A stretch of 64,000 nucleotides of DNA from Yuukianura sp. NJ FZ-2021. Lineage: Eukaryota. The stretch lies in the NCBI GenBank assembly GCA_046563655.1, contig CM102288.1, forward strand, positions 4,154,001-4,218,000, read 5' to 3'. Of this stretch, positions 52,010-64,000 are shown piece after piece; the stretch's first letter is position 1, and the number at the start of each line of letters is the position of its first letter. The notes under the pieces were generated by a model. The model saw only the letters and a program-made list of their open reading frames with translations, ran no database searches and was not told the DNA's origin. The position numbers and the translations under genes are program-made.

Positions 52010-54084
52010 ATGCCAGGAGAACTCAGTTCACTCTTTGAGAATCAGGAAGAGCTAAAAAGTCCAGTGGACGCAGTGGAAGTCACTGGAAAAATTCCAGCAT
52101 GGATCCATGGAACTTACTTGCGAGTTGGGCCGGTAGGTCAATCGGAGTAACAAAATTTCGAAATTTCCAAAATTCTAAAAAATTTTGACCTTTGACCTTG
52201 ACAGGGAATGTTCGATGTCGGGAAGGTCCAGCTGAACCACTTCACTGATGGCTACTCGATGCTCTCTAAATTTGACATCAAGGATGGCCAGGTCAAAATG
52301 CACAAAAAGTTTCTAAGGTAGATTTTTCAAATTGCTTTTTCAAATTTCAAATTTTTCAAATTTTCGCAAATTTTTTGACACTTTTTCTAAATCATGTAAT
52401 GAGGAAATGTTTTATTAGGTCCGAAGCCTACAAAAAAGCAATTGCACAACAGGAGCCGTTTTTTCCTGAATTTTCAACCAAAGGTACGCGTGGATCTCTG
52501 AATTGAAATTTTTGATCAAAATGAAAAAAAAATTGAAAAATTGTAAAATTTTTGTTGCTTCCACAATCCACAGGAAACATTGCAAACCAGAAGAGTTTCT
52601 TCAGTCGGTTGATCAGTGCCTATTCCAGCGTCGACGTGACTGACAATGACTCTCTGAATGTTTTTCACATTGGCCAAGACATCTTCGCCTCCACCGAAAC
52701 AATGCACATCACCCGCGTGGACACCAAAGACTTGGACACCACTTCGGACAAAGTGGACTACTCCAAAGTGTTTGGGTGTCACATGGCCACTCCCCATGCT
52801 CTCGTGGACTCCAAGGGAGATTGGTACAACATTGGCACATCATTTTCTGCTGCTGGAGCCAAGTACAATGTCATGAAGATCCCACATTGCCCCAAGGGTA
52901 ACTACAAAGATGGACTCAAGAAAGCCACTGTCATGGCCACCATTTCGCCATCCAACTTTGGTTATGTCAGTTACTACCACACTTTTGGCATGACACACAA
53001 CTACATCATCTTCATTGAACAACCCTGGAATGTTTCCCAAATCCAAATGTAAGTAACCCAAAATTTCAGTTTTCAAAATTTCTTGAAAATTTGAAGAGAA
53101 GAAACGAAAATTTGGTCTTAATTTTTTCAGAATTGATTCCAAGTTGAAGGGAAAGAGCATCCGGGACTTGTTTTCGTGGGATCCAAAAGGAGTCAACCGA
53201 TTTCACATTTTGGATAAGCGAGATGGAAAGGTCAGATTTTTGAAAATATGTGCCATTTTTTAACATTTTGTTCAAACATTGTTTGTTGTGCGCAGATCTT
53301 CTCTACCAAGTTCCAATCCGAGAGTCCGTTTTTCTTCTTCCACTTTGCCAATTGTTTTGAGGATGGAGAGACCATTGTGGCTGACATCGTCGCTTTTCCG
53401 GATTCTACAATCATAGATGAAATGGAAGTGAGCTCCATTTGCAGCAGAAGAGTGGACGAGTCACAAAAGAGTTTTGCAAGAATCCATCGTTATGCAATTC
53501 CAATCGTCAAGAATGTGCGAGATGTTACGGTTGGAGAGAACCTGATTGGTTTGGACTATGTCAAGGCCACTGCCAAGCGGACCAGTGATGACAAAATCCT
53601 GCTAACGCCACAAGCTATTGGAGAAAGTGGTCTGGAGGGCCCTTGCATCAACACGAACTTCCGCTACTGTCGTCATCGTTTCATCTACGGAAGTGGATTC
53701 CAGAATCGCAGTTTCTTTGAAAATGCTATCTGCAAAGTGGATGTGGAAACGGGAGAAACCAAAGTGTGGAGAGACGGCAAATTCGTCTTTCCAGGTAAGA
53801 ACAAACTGAAAAAACTTTCCCAAATTTTGATTTTAATTTTTAAATTAAAATTTTGAATTTTGAAAATAGGTGATCCAAAGTTCATTGCTCGAGAGGAGGG
53901 GTCAAAGGTGACAGAGGACGACGGTGTCCTGGTTGCAGCTTGTGCGAATATGAACGAAGGGGGTAAAGACTTTCTCCTCTTTTTAAATGCAAAAACGATG
54001 GAGGAAGAGGGAAGAGCCTATTTCAACAAGAAACAAATTCCACAGTCAATCCATTCCATTTTCATACCAGCAAACTCACATTAA
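52010..54084 (+). CDS. Carotenoid oxygenase (RPE65/BCO/NinaB family), multi-exon
   Basis: VTGKIPAWIHGTYLRVGPG, HFTDG, EDDGV. All four iron-ligand His contexts are present: ATPH, YYHTFG, FHFAN, SIHSIF. Confidence 0.92.
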
Positions 54085-54435
54085 CTTTCTAATTTTAATT
54101 AATTTGTCAAACTACTATCCAAAATTTAACAAAAATTAAACAAGTTTTAGAATACTGTTTGTCCGTAATTTAAAACGAGCGGAGTTGATTTTATTCAAAT
54201 TTAAATTATGGCGAGTTTAAATCTAAAAAAATTTAAAATTGTAGAAAGTTGATGAAAGCAGTTTTGGTTGCGGAGATTAATTTGGAACATAAAATTTAAT
54301 TGCAGACATTTGACACTTTGTGCTGAAAAAGTTATCAGCGCTGTTTTCAGTGAATTTTCATAATCATAATTTTGAAGTGGTGAAAATTTAAATTTTGGAG
54401 GTTTCCGTTCTTATCTGAGTAATAGTTTGGACTCG

Positions 54436-55106
54436 TCAGAGGTCAAAGGTCAAGTTACAAGGTTCGTCACTCCTTGTCCATCCCCAGCGACTAAAAATTG
54501 CATCTGGTCGTGGATGTGGAGGTTGAAGTGGAGCAGATAAGCGCTGAGTGACGTGGCAACAACGACGACGCTCCAACGACGGAGAGCAGCAGCAGAGACA
54601 TGGGCGTGGCTTGTAGGCTGCGTAAAAATTGTGTTTTGGATAATTTTCTTGATACATTTAGGTTATGTATTGCATTGCAGTATTGCAGAGATATTTGTTT
54701 TGTTTTAAATAGTACTTAAATTTGTTTTAAATTAGTTAATTCTTAGTTCAAGTTTACCCTGTTGACAGAGGTAGACGAGCGGTGACATGACCTCGTGCAT
54801 GTCGCTTTTAATGCGAGGGAGGTCAAGAGTAGGCGATGTCACTTCCAGCACGTCGTCTTCGCATACGGAACTCTTGGGCATGGACTGCGCAAATGCGTTT
54901 GCATTTTGTGTAATGTTGGACTGAAGATTACCGAGGATTTGGGACTGACGAAATCGCAAAGAATCCACATTTTGAATACAGGCAGTGAGACTGCGTAGAA
55001 GTGCGGGTGAGCAGACCTCGACGTGTTCAGAGGTCAAAGGTTGTCCACATCCTTGCTCTTCCGATGTTTCAAAAGTTCTGTCACCCCTCCACAGATTGTG
55101 TGGCAT
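54436..55106 (-). CDS. Hypothetical Cys-containing protein (exons 55106-54758 and ~54648-54436; may have an upstream exon)
   Basis: Two ORFs with coding-like composition joined in frame by a phase-1 GT-AG intron; no recognised domain. Confidence 0.4.
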
Positions 55107-55397
55107 TTCTCAAAAGAGAAATTTTAAATTTAAAATTAGTCTGTAAAAACTATGAGTTTATCCATTGAACGAAAAGATGTTTGTTTGAAAATTAAAAAGC
55201 TTGTTTGAAAAACTTTCTCAATTTCATTTGAAACTGCTTCAGAAACAGCGTTTCTGTTTTCTCCTTGCCAAAGATTTCAAGAATTTCAAAAAATTGCATT
55301 CCAAAAGTTCAGAATACCACCGGGCGAAATGGCACAATTTTTCACCAAAATTATTTTACTTCAACTCTGTCGCAAGTGAGGATTGGAAAGTTACTTG

Positions 55398-56120
55398 CTA
55401 ACTAGAAAGTAGCGCAGTTAGGACCGTGATTACAATGTTGAAAACTGCAAGGTCGTTGACCTTGTGACCCGTATCTAGTCCAGGAGCATACATGCGCTGT
55501 AACTCCAAGCAGTCTGCATTTTCTTTAGTATTTTTGCAAGTACAGTAGCCATAAGCATATTCATAGTCCGCATCCCCACCAATTTTCAGTCGTCGATCTT
55601 CGACGTCTTCGACACACTCTGCTCCAGGGAAACACTCCAGCCACCCTCGGAAGTGACGCAGAAAAGAAGGGAAGCGTCTGCACTTGGTCACTCCAGGAAC
55701 AGCGTAGCAGGTCAACACGCTCTTCACGGGGTCAAACTGACTGAACACAATTCGCTGCCAGAGAGTGGAGCACTGACAACTGCCCAAGTGGGGGTCATCG
55801 GAGTCATTGGCTGGGACACACACGAACTGGAGGTTCTGGTCACCATCTATGTCCAGGTTACACAGGTCATTGGCTTTTGACTTGAGCACTTCCTGTCTCG
55901 TCTCGCTTGAATTTTTGAACTTTCCCTCCAAATAGTCAAGTTCGACGTCAATGGCCACGAGAATATGGGGCAGACCCATGACAGCCTCGGTGTAGATGGC
56001 AAGCAGTGGATCGACTAGTTCTTTCCATAGAGTGGCGTTACACGACTCGCCGTTGTCACCCTGACTGGAGAAAGTGGGCACAAGAGGCAACAAACACAAA
56101 AAGTTAATGACAAAATTCAT
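55398..56120 (-). CDS. Intronless Cys-rich secreted, probably GPI-anchored protein (240 aa)
   Basis: Signal peptide MNFVINFLCLLPLVPTFSSQG, ~12 Cys in the mature part, hydrophobic C-terminus LAVFNIVITVLTALLSS*. Confidence 0.7.
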   Translation of the reverse strand: MNFVINFLCLLPLVPTFSSQGDNGESCNATLWKELVDPLLAIYTEAVMGLPHILVAIDVELDYLEGKFKNSSETRQEVLKSKANDLCNLDIDGDQNLQFVCVPANDSDDPHLGSCQCSTLWQRIVFSQFDPVKSVLTCYAVPGVTKCRRFPSFLRHFRGWLECFPGAECVEDVEDRRLKIGGDADYEYAYGYCTCKNTKENADCLELQRMYAPGLDTGHKVNDLAVFNIVITVLTALLSS

Positions 56121-56996
56121 TTTTGCAAAAGTTTTTAAAAGAATCAAATTCAAGTTAAGAAAGTTTTGACTTTCGAATTGTCAGTTTTTGTTGTTTCAAC
56201 TTTTTCCCGAAATAACTGAAATTCAAATCTCATGACAAAAATTTAGAACCATTTTTGGAAACTGGGATTTGTTCAAAAATTCTTCTCTCTGTATATTTTT
56301 TTTAGAAAGGAAGCTAGAAAGTGGACAAGAGTAGGGAATTCCTGTTGTTCATTTTTTACTTTTGTGAGATTGGATTTTGAGTAGTGGAATTGAATTTTGT
56401 GATTTGAATTCATGAGAGTGTCTCTCTCTTGGACTTTCACTTAAGGAGTGAAGAGGTCTCGAATAAAATTACTATTTGTCGCCAGTGGACATTCCAAATG
56501 GAAGTTCCAATTCCAATCTCCCGATACTTCCACTCCTGTGTAGCCATGGGTCTAATCCTAATTCACATTTCAATTCTCCCCCGAAGCACAGGATTTAAAT
56601 CCCTTCACACTTTTATGAATGTGGATTTGGGGAAAGTGGACTTTCTCCACTTACTCTACAAGAAACTCAATTCAATTCAAATTCAAAATATTACACTCAC
56701 CTCTCCCTCTCTCACAAGAAGAAGAAATGGGAGGCTCAAAATCAAATCTACAAAAATAAACTCAAAAAATCCCCGTTCCAGGCTTCCATTTGTGCTGGAC
56801 GCAAGAAAAATCCTATATTATCCAAAATACAAAACCCAAATCCCAACTTTAAGGTGGTTACCTTCTACAAGGTGGTTACCTTCTCCATGGTGGTTACCAC
56901 GGTAACCATTGTAATCATAAGTAACCATCCGGACAAAATGAAATGAACCGAAGACGGAAACTTTAGTCTTGAATACAAACTGAAAACAGGGTTAAG

Positions 56997-57093
56997 GTAA
57001 GGATTAACGACCGTCATTGTAGCCACACAGTGTAGCCATATTGTGTGGCAACAATAGGCGGCTACACCTAGTGGCAACATTTGTAGCCACTCA
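56997..57093. mobile_element. MITE-like element, truncated copy
   Basis: GTAAGGATTAACGACCGTCATTGTAGCC...GCGGCTACACCT...CATTTGTAGCCACTCAA matches the left half of 59525-59760. Confidence 0.6.
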
Positions 57094-58114
57094 AACTGAC
57101 ATTTTAACTGCAGAAGTTGAACGAACGCCAAATAACAGTTTTCGTGTAGAAAGTCGCATGGAGAAAGCTCCAAATAATTTATGTGGCGTCAATAAATAGT
57201 GAAAGTGGAAAAAGTAAAGAATTTGCATTTTGCATTCATCTTTTCAATAATTGTGATGACTTTAGAAACTAGTGCTATTTGGTGCGTGTCAAGGTCAGGT
57301 CAACTTCCACAAGATGAACTGCGGAGGAGATGTATTTGAAAAGGAGGAATTCAATTTAAAGTTTGTTTCGTTTCTTGTAGCAGAGTATCAATTTTTGTTG
57401 GAATTGGATTTTGTAAAATTGAGCTGAATATTGGTAGAGTGGAGTGAGAGGGGGGCCCTTGATAAGGACATGGACTGTGTCCACATTCCAGAAGAAAGTC
57501 CAGTCTCCTTTTCCCATGAATTTGAATGATGCTGGACTTTAATAGGGAGAAGATAAGAAGAGCCTTTCTCTTTTTCAATACTTTCTCCACTCCAACGCTC
57601 CTTTCTCCCAAATATTCACATGTTCCCTAATTCAATTCTCCTGCTCCACTGCCTCCGAACTCTGCATAATGGCCACTGGACCAAACAGTCCAAGGAGCCA
57701 TACAAGATGGTCCACAGTTCCCTCGGTCATTGCATTTTATTATTCAAACGAGCCAGACCATGGACCAACCTCATTTCAAAATCAACACAACATCAACCAG
57801 ACGAGCTTTCTTGTTCTAAATGTTCTGAATTTCCAATGAGTTTCCTTTGTGAGTTGAAATAATTTCGTACTTTCTCCATGTGCTTGGCACAAGTAGGGAT
57901 GAGAGTGAGTTGAAGGACTCATTTCTATTCAATGAACCTGAAAGGAACAATAAATACAAGTACAGTTACAATTCACAATCACCAATTTCAGTTATCGTTA
58001 ACAGTAATGTTTGTACTTAAAAAAAGGAGAGGTCTAGACACTCTCTCGTATCCAACACAAACTTTGTGAAACTCAAGTTTTATTTTTCACAAAACTGGAA
58101 TTTGTTGAGCTGTG

Positions 58115-59323
58115 TTATGCTGTAGAGCTTGGGTTTTCTGTAGAAGCAACTTTTAAGCAGTACTTGTCATATCGCTGAACAACGATTTTCTCTTTAACTA
58201 GCTTTTCCAGGTGATGCACAACGTTAATTTCGGCGGCGGGGTGCAAATGTTCTGGAGTATCCTGGAATGCCAACAAGAGTTCAGTATTTAGTTAGACTAT
58301 CGGAAGACATAACATCGTTGACGACTGACCTTGTATACACTCTTGACAATCATGGAAGGCGTCACTGGTTTGTTTTCATTTGAAAGGACATTGGTCTGAA
58401 AATAGTCAACAATCTGTTTCTCTCGGCTGTTCCGATGGTCAATGTAAAATTGGATCTTCTCCATTGGATTCTGGAAGTAACAGGAAGGTTAATTGAGTTG
58501 AGAAGGTGGGGTTAAAGTTTAATTTGACACCTCGACCACTGGACCATGTCCAGGATAAATCAACAAAGGCTTAAAGTTGAGAATTTTCTTTAGGGAAAGC
58601 ATGTAGTCGTGAAGATCCTCAAAGACAGTGGTTCCTTCTCCTAAAATACAATCACCACTGAATAAGGCTTGTTCCTCCTCCAGGTACAGTACAGCATGGT
58701 CTGTTGTGTGTCCAGGGGTATGGCAGACTCTGTCCAAAAAAAAAAAATTAAGATGAAGCAAAAACGAAGGCTTTCAAAATGGTGAGCTGACCTGAGTGTT
58801 GCTCCTTCTGTTTGGACACTCTGGTTATCGTGGAGTGACTTAAGTGGAAACCTCGGGGGAATTCGATCATCTGTTTTTTCCGTACGTGGAAACTTCAATA
58901 CGTTCGGCAAAGCTACAGGGATTGAAAACAGTTCAGTTAGCTGTAAAGTAAGCGGACGTTTAAATTAAAAGACTTACGATTGAGCACATCTTGGAGATCA
59001 ACCAGGCCGCCAATGTGATCTTGATGCCAGTGGGTGATGATGACTTGGTCAACTGTCACTTCCTCCTGCTGCAGTAAGTTGGTCAAGGCCCCAATGTACT
59101 CTGGAAATCCGTCCTGGCCAGAATCCACTAACACGCGCCTAAAACAAAGAAAGATTACACTTACAAAGGTGTTGAGTTGACACTTTAATGTGGCATGAAC
59201 TTACTTCTGGCCTGTGCCAACCAGGTAAATATTTGAGCCTTGCAATGTCATTGGTCCTGGATTGCATCCCAACACTCGCCATACACGAGAAGAGAGTTTC
59301 GTCAACTTTGGAATGACATTCAT
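58115..59323 (-). CDS. LACTB2: Metallo-beta-lactamase-fold endoribonuclease LACTB2 homolog (6 exons)
   Basis: [32 protein letters not shown] (HxHxDH), [35 protein letters not shown]. Confidence 0.93.
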
Positions 59324-59524
59324 CCTGATCCTAGTAAAGGTCAAATCAACATTGTAAACATAAACAAGGTAGCCTAACCTACCTAGTATATCCATTTCCA
59401 AACCTATGTTAATCTTACCTTGGTTTAGAATCGTTTTATGAAACGATGACTAATTAATTAACAAGTTAATCTTGATTACACTAATTAAATTTAAGATTCT
59501 GATTTGTTTACATTTTTGTACGAA

Positions 59525-59760
59525 GTAAGGTTTAACGACCGTCATTGTAGCCGCATAGTATAGCCACCCCACGGTTCCGCCGTCTTGTGTGGCTACAATA
59601 AGCGGCTACACCTCATGGGGCCATTTGTAGCCACTCAATCCTAAAAAAACCCTCGCCTCAAGCGGCAACATAAGTAGCTGCACGACAGAGCCTCCCGTTG
59701 TAGCCGCCATGTGGCTGCAATGGTTACAACGCGGTTACAATGACTGTTCGTAGACCTTAC
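59525..59760. mobile_element. MITE-like palindromic element, copy 2
   Basis: TIR-like ends GTAAGGTTTAACGACCGTCATTGTAGCCGC ... GCGGTTACAATGACTGTTCGTAGACCTTAC; inverted relative to 217-442. Confidence 0.65.
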
Positions 59761-60292
59761 TCCAACGCATTTTGGCGTGTACCTAATCCTCCGATAAGAT
59801 GTCAGCAGTTTCACTTGTCATCCCAGGATTTTAGGCAGTAGTAAAACTTTCAATTGAGATGAGACTGGTAAAGTGCGCCAACTCAATTTGAAAAATAGTA
59901 AACAAGCAAAAGGTCAAAGTTCAAAGTAAAGAAACAAAAAGGTCAAAGTCAAAAGGGGAAGGTGAATATTTGCAAGGTGTGACATCTTTTTAGAACCTGA
60001 AACAACCTCAACTAATTAAGATTTAATACAAGTAAAAGAGTTAGTTAAGTGTTGGAAACAAACGAATCTTTAGAGTAGAAACATTACACAATTTTTACTT
60101 ATTAGAGGAAGCACAGAAATTGAAAAGGAAACATTGGATTCCGATTCCATACATTATTGACCTAACATTATTACATATTTTTACATAAATTGTTTAATTG
60201 TAAATTATTATTCAACAGTTGACGTTGGGAGAGACGAGTATTTTTCTGGATTCTCTTGATTGGAATTTGATGTTTTGATTGGAGGAGGGTGT

Positions 60293-61396
60293 TTAGTAGA
60301 CTTTGAGATGGTTCAACTCGTCGTAGCCTGCCGAATGTCCAGCGTTTCGAACAATGAAGGAACCACCTACACATAGTAAGTTAGTCGCAAAGTATAATAA
60401 TTATTTGCAACTTGTGTGACTAAAGGAATTACTTAACAGGTTTTATTTACCATCGAAATGGAGACGGCGTTCTCCACGTTTCACAAACAAGTGACAGGCG
60501 TCCCCAACGGAAGCAGTGCAGTGGACATACGGAGTATTGAGATTCACGGTTCCATTCAACGGAGAACTTCGGAATTGGTACTTGGAGGAAGAGCGATTGA
60601 CACTAAGCATTCATAATCAAGTATGATCAATTTGGTTTCTGGAAGGTCATGCTGATTCGAGCTCAACTTGTGGACTTACCGAACGGCGCCATCTTGAGCT
60701 TGAGAAACTCGAATTCCGTTGATGAGCCAGTTCTCGATTCCATCAGCCGAGAGCCAGTACTGACCATGACGAAGAAGAGCCATGGCTTCATCGACAAACT
60801 CCTTCCCAATTCGTGCTCCAGTTTCAAAGACTGGGACAGAGAAGTCACCTGACATGTCAGAATACACATCTGAAGTTGACCGAGTTCCGGCAGCATCAAC
60901 TACGTAAACTACTACGGCAGGGGCTGAGGTGAAACTTATTCCACGGTGACTCATCTTGGCCAGTCTATAAAACCATGAAAACGAAAACGTGAGTTTTTTT
61001 TTTCCGAAAAAAAGTAATACATAATTTTTAGAGAAATTGTTTAATTTAAAATGCTTACTTCATATTTCCATTTACATCCATTGCAGTAACTTCAACACGA
61101 CTTCCATATTGGTAAACACGCCCAGAAGGGTGAATCAGCGAAGAAGTACTTCCATCAGCACTCACTGCCACTATGATGCTCGCCTGAAAGTTCAAAGGAA
61201 ATCGGAGGTCAGACCATTCCGAATTGAAGATTCAAGAAACTGGACGTACCGGATTGTTTTGCATGCGAATGGCTTGGTTGACAGTGATGTCCACTTTGAC
61301 TCCTTGGTGAAGTCGAATAGTGATGACTCCATCACCAGTCACCAATGCTCCCAGAATGGATTCCTCTACTGGCTCACCGCGGGAATTGAACGGCAT
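60293..61396 (-). CDS. Conserved-looking beta-rich protein of unknown function, 260 aa (exons 61396-61250, 61183-61059, 60964-60680, 60602-60451, 60366-60293)
   Basis: Five exons splice in frame. Motifs LIHPSGRVYQYGSRVE, YVVDAAGTRST and FIVRNAGHSAGYD resemble an uncharacterised insect family as I recall it. Confidence 0.8.
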
Positions 61397-62639
61397 CTTG
61401 TAATCTCACGGATTCTTAGATTTTGAAGATTTAAATTGAAAATTGAATAACTACAAATGGATTTTTGGAGTTTACCCTTTGAAGGCAAAACACGGACTGA
61501 CCAGCAACTACAAATAACACAAAGGAAAATCCGAATTCCCCAACAACGGTCCGGCCCGAGGTGAATGACCTCAAAGTCAAAGACCTGTGCGAAATTTAGA
61601 GTGCTGCGCCGCATGCCGCAATAAGGAATGTTTCGTAAGTACCGTTAGTTTCGTGTTTTTGTTTTATATTGATCGTATCGAATTCTACATTTTATCTAAT
61701 TTATCCCAATGGATAAAGAATAGATAAATATATAGCTTTCCGGATCTCCTTTTGCCGAAACGCATTTCCTAGCCGGCATCAATTGCTGTGTTGTTGACGT
61801 TGCCGCGCTATGCAGAAAAGTTCCGTTATTCGGCATCAGGTCATCCACCTCAACGCTGAACACTTTCAGCGCGTCATCCTAGCCAGCCTCGCTCGCCTTC
61901 CCTCTCGCTTCTCGAATAATTCCCGGTTTTCGGTATTTTTGGACGCCAGACGCCACACCACGCGTTGTTGGTATTTTGTAGCGTCTGCCTCGTGAGACAC
62001 AAGCCAGACAATGGGCAAGAGAAATGAATGGAGAGAGTACGTCGTAGTAAAATCCATATAACGGCTTCTCCACTCCACTACCCAAATACTACACGTACAC
62101 ACCTAAACATATGATACACATAGACATTGTAGACAGAATTCGCAGAAACCAATTGGCCAAACTGCGTTCTTCCGTCGTATTCGCAAAAACCTTGAAATCA
62201 TTTTTTGCGCCTCTTGAGTTCAACTGAACAAAAACTGTTGGTGACTCTTGGTACCTCTCATCATATGCACAAGGTAACTTTAATATCCGACAACTCCGTC
62301 GTTATGTCTAATTTCGCATTCTTTCTGTTGTCTGTTTACATTTCTGCGTCGTAAATGTCCCCCAGAGCGTCATAAGATCAAAGTTCATCTTCCCAAACAC
62401 TAAGCACTTTCATTGAAACGTGTTTAGGTACTCCTAGACAGGTCCGGCTCAGATTGGCTCTGCTGCCTTCTTGATTTATTACACTCGTCAATTGGGCTTT
62501 GTTTGTTGACGTGGTCGGAAACTGAACTAGCGCCTTCAGTCAACAACTTATCACCCCCGTCCCCATCAAACTTTCATCCACCTCCAACACTAACGGAACA
62601 ATCCACTAATTAATTGGACTCTTTTCTGTGTTTAGGAAG

Positions 62640-64000
62640 ATGTCACAAGACGTAATAGTGGCCGTGGACAAGGACAAAGTTCCGCAGACGTCTTCCCTTG
62701 AAACTACTTCGTCACAACCACAGGAATCGCCAGCCTTGGAAAACGCTGCAAAAGATGGAGAGACCAAGTCCACGATTGACAACGTATTGACTGAGCAGGA
62801 ATCCATGGTGCTCTCAAAGACTGAAACGCCGGATGTCGTTAATGGAACGTTTCCATTTCCACCTCCTTCGTCGGTGAATCCCCTGGAACCTGTTCCTCGG
62901 TTTCTGCGAATTGTGGAAGGAATTGATAAGCTGAGAAGAGCAATTGGAAAAGAACTGACCAGTCCAACTTCCAATGAAAAGTGCAGTAACTTGCCCCATC
63001 TTCTATCGATTGTCCACATCCTCTTAAGGTCACACACTGAAGGACCACTGTTGGGATGTGGCGAAAACGGATCCGGAGACTTAGAAATTCCGTCGGCCGT
63101 TCTCAAACCATTTTACTACGTTCCGAAGAAGACGAAGAAGAGGACCCGATTTATTGTGGACATCGTCTCAGCTGATGGAGCTGAGTGGAGCAAGATCTCT
63201 GCTAGAAACCCACGGTCACTGTCTCTCCTAGCCTCGGGCGGTGGTGGATTTGGCCAAAAGTCTATGATTGATCATGCAAAGGATTACAAGCAATGTGCGC
63301 AACAACATCAACGATTCTTCAAGCCACCACTTGTGAGTTATAAAGTAACTCAGATTCAAAGTTTTTAGAAGTTCAATCAATATGTTTTTGTTTTTTGTTA
63401 GATCAAGTTTGTTTTTGCCAGTGGAATCGGAAGTGGCCTGGCAGTAAAACTGGAGAGCCTTGGAATTAAAGTAGAAGGAGAGCGAATAGCCGATGAGGAA
63501 CTGGCAATTCATCCAAGATTGAAGCCGTATAAGGAACTGCTCATGGAGTCTGATTCCAATTCTGAGAAATCGACTGAGTTGAGTGAAGACTCTGTGGATG
63601 GCCACTGCTCCGAAGAAACGACGACTAGCACCAAAGATGAAGGAGGTGGACAAAATGGAGACATGCTGTCTGTGCCCAGCAATACCAAACCATCCACCCT
63701 CATTCGGAATTCACGACTCGAGGGAATTGTGAAACTGAATTTGGATATTACTGCTCTTCTGGCCTATTGTTCAAATCTTACGAATGGACACACAAACGTA
63801 ACCTTCAAGTCACAGATCCTCACTCAACAATTACAAATGGAAAAACTTCGACCACAAAAACCAGTTCTGGAGTCCATTTTCCAAGGTAATGGAATCCGAA
63901 TGAGTTTTACATCAATTGGAACTAAAAGAATGGATTCATAATACTTGCAGGGCGTGACCTCTACTGTTGTGAGATGGCATACAAAGAGTTCAAGGCTATT
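62640..64000 (+). CDS. C7orf25: UPF0415/C7orf25 (DUF1308) homolog, 3'-partial
   Basis: CSNLPHL, VDIVSADGAEWSKISARNPRSL, KLNLDITALLAYCSNLTNG, LYCCEMAYKEF; runs off the window end. Confidence 0.85.

Noticed and set aside
58115..59323. Beta-lactamase or horizontally acquired resistance gene
   Set aside because: Intron-containing gene with LACTB2-specific motifs; a normal animal gene.
62606..63106. Long antisense ORFs over known genes (also 1096-1515, 9324-9785)
   Set aside because: Shadow ORFs of coding exons with no independent support.

Overview
Gene-dense eukaryotic genomic DNA (AT-rich, mostly 55-90 nt GT-AG introns; the proteins look protostome/arthropod-like). No prokaryotic operons, rRNA/tRNA genes or CRISPR arrays were seen. 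Hand-spliced genes in order: SCO1, citrate synthase, 6PGD, a signal-peptide SDR/epimerase ending in RTDL, UCKL1, NDUFS1, EF1-beta, an i-type lysozyme-like protein, a divergent myosin-I-like gene, a 14-kb POU class VI (pdm3/POU6F) gene, a truncated NudE-like gene and a divergent coiled-coil orphan, sarcosine dehydrogenase, a carotenoid oxygenase, two orphans, LACTB2, a conserved unknown protein and a partial C7orf25 homolog. The most unusual observations are: (1) a 2.7-kb cassette bounded by ~185-bp direct repeats that holds the N-terminally truncated NudE and the orphan; (2) a myosin with a TH1 tail whose switch-I/II salt bridge is lost; (3) an in-frame hydrophobic N-terminal extension of citrate synthase; (4) a palindromic MITE-like family near promoters; (5) strong enrichment of octamer-type and DR1 motifs. 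Family assignments come from recalled motifs, not database searches, and exon boundaries were read by eye.
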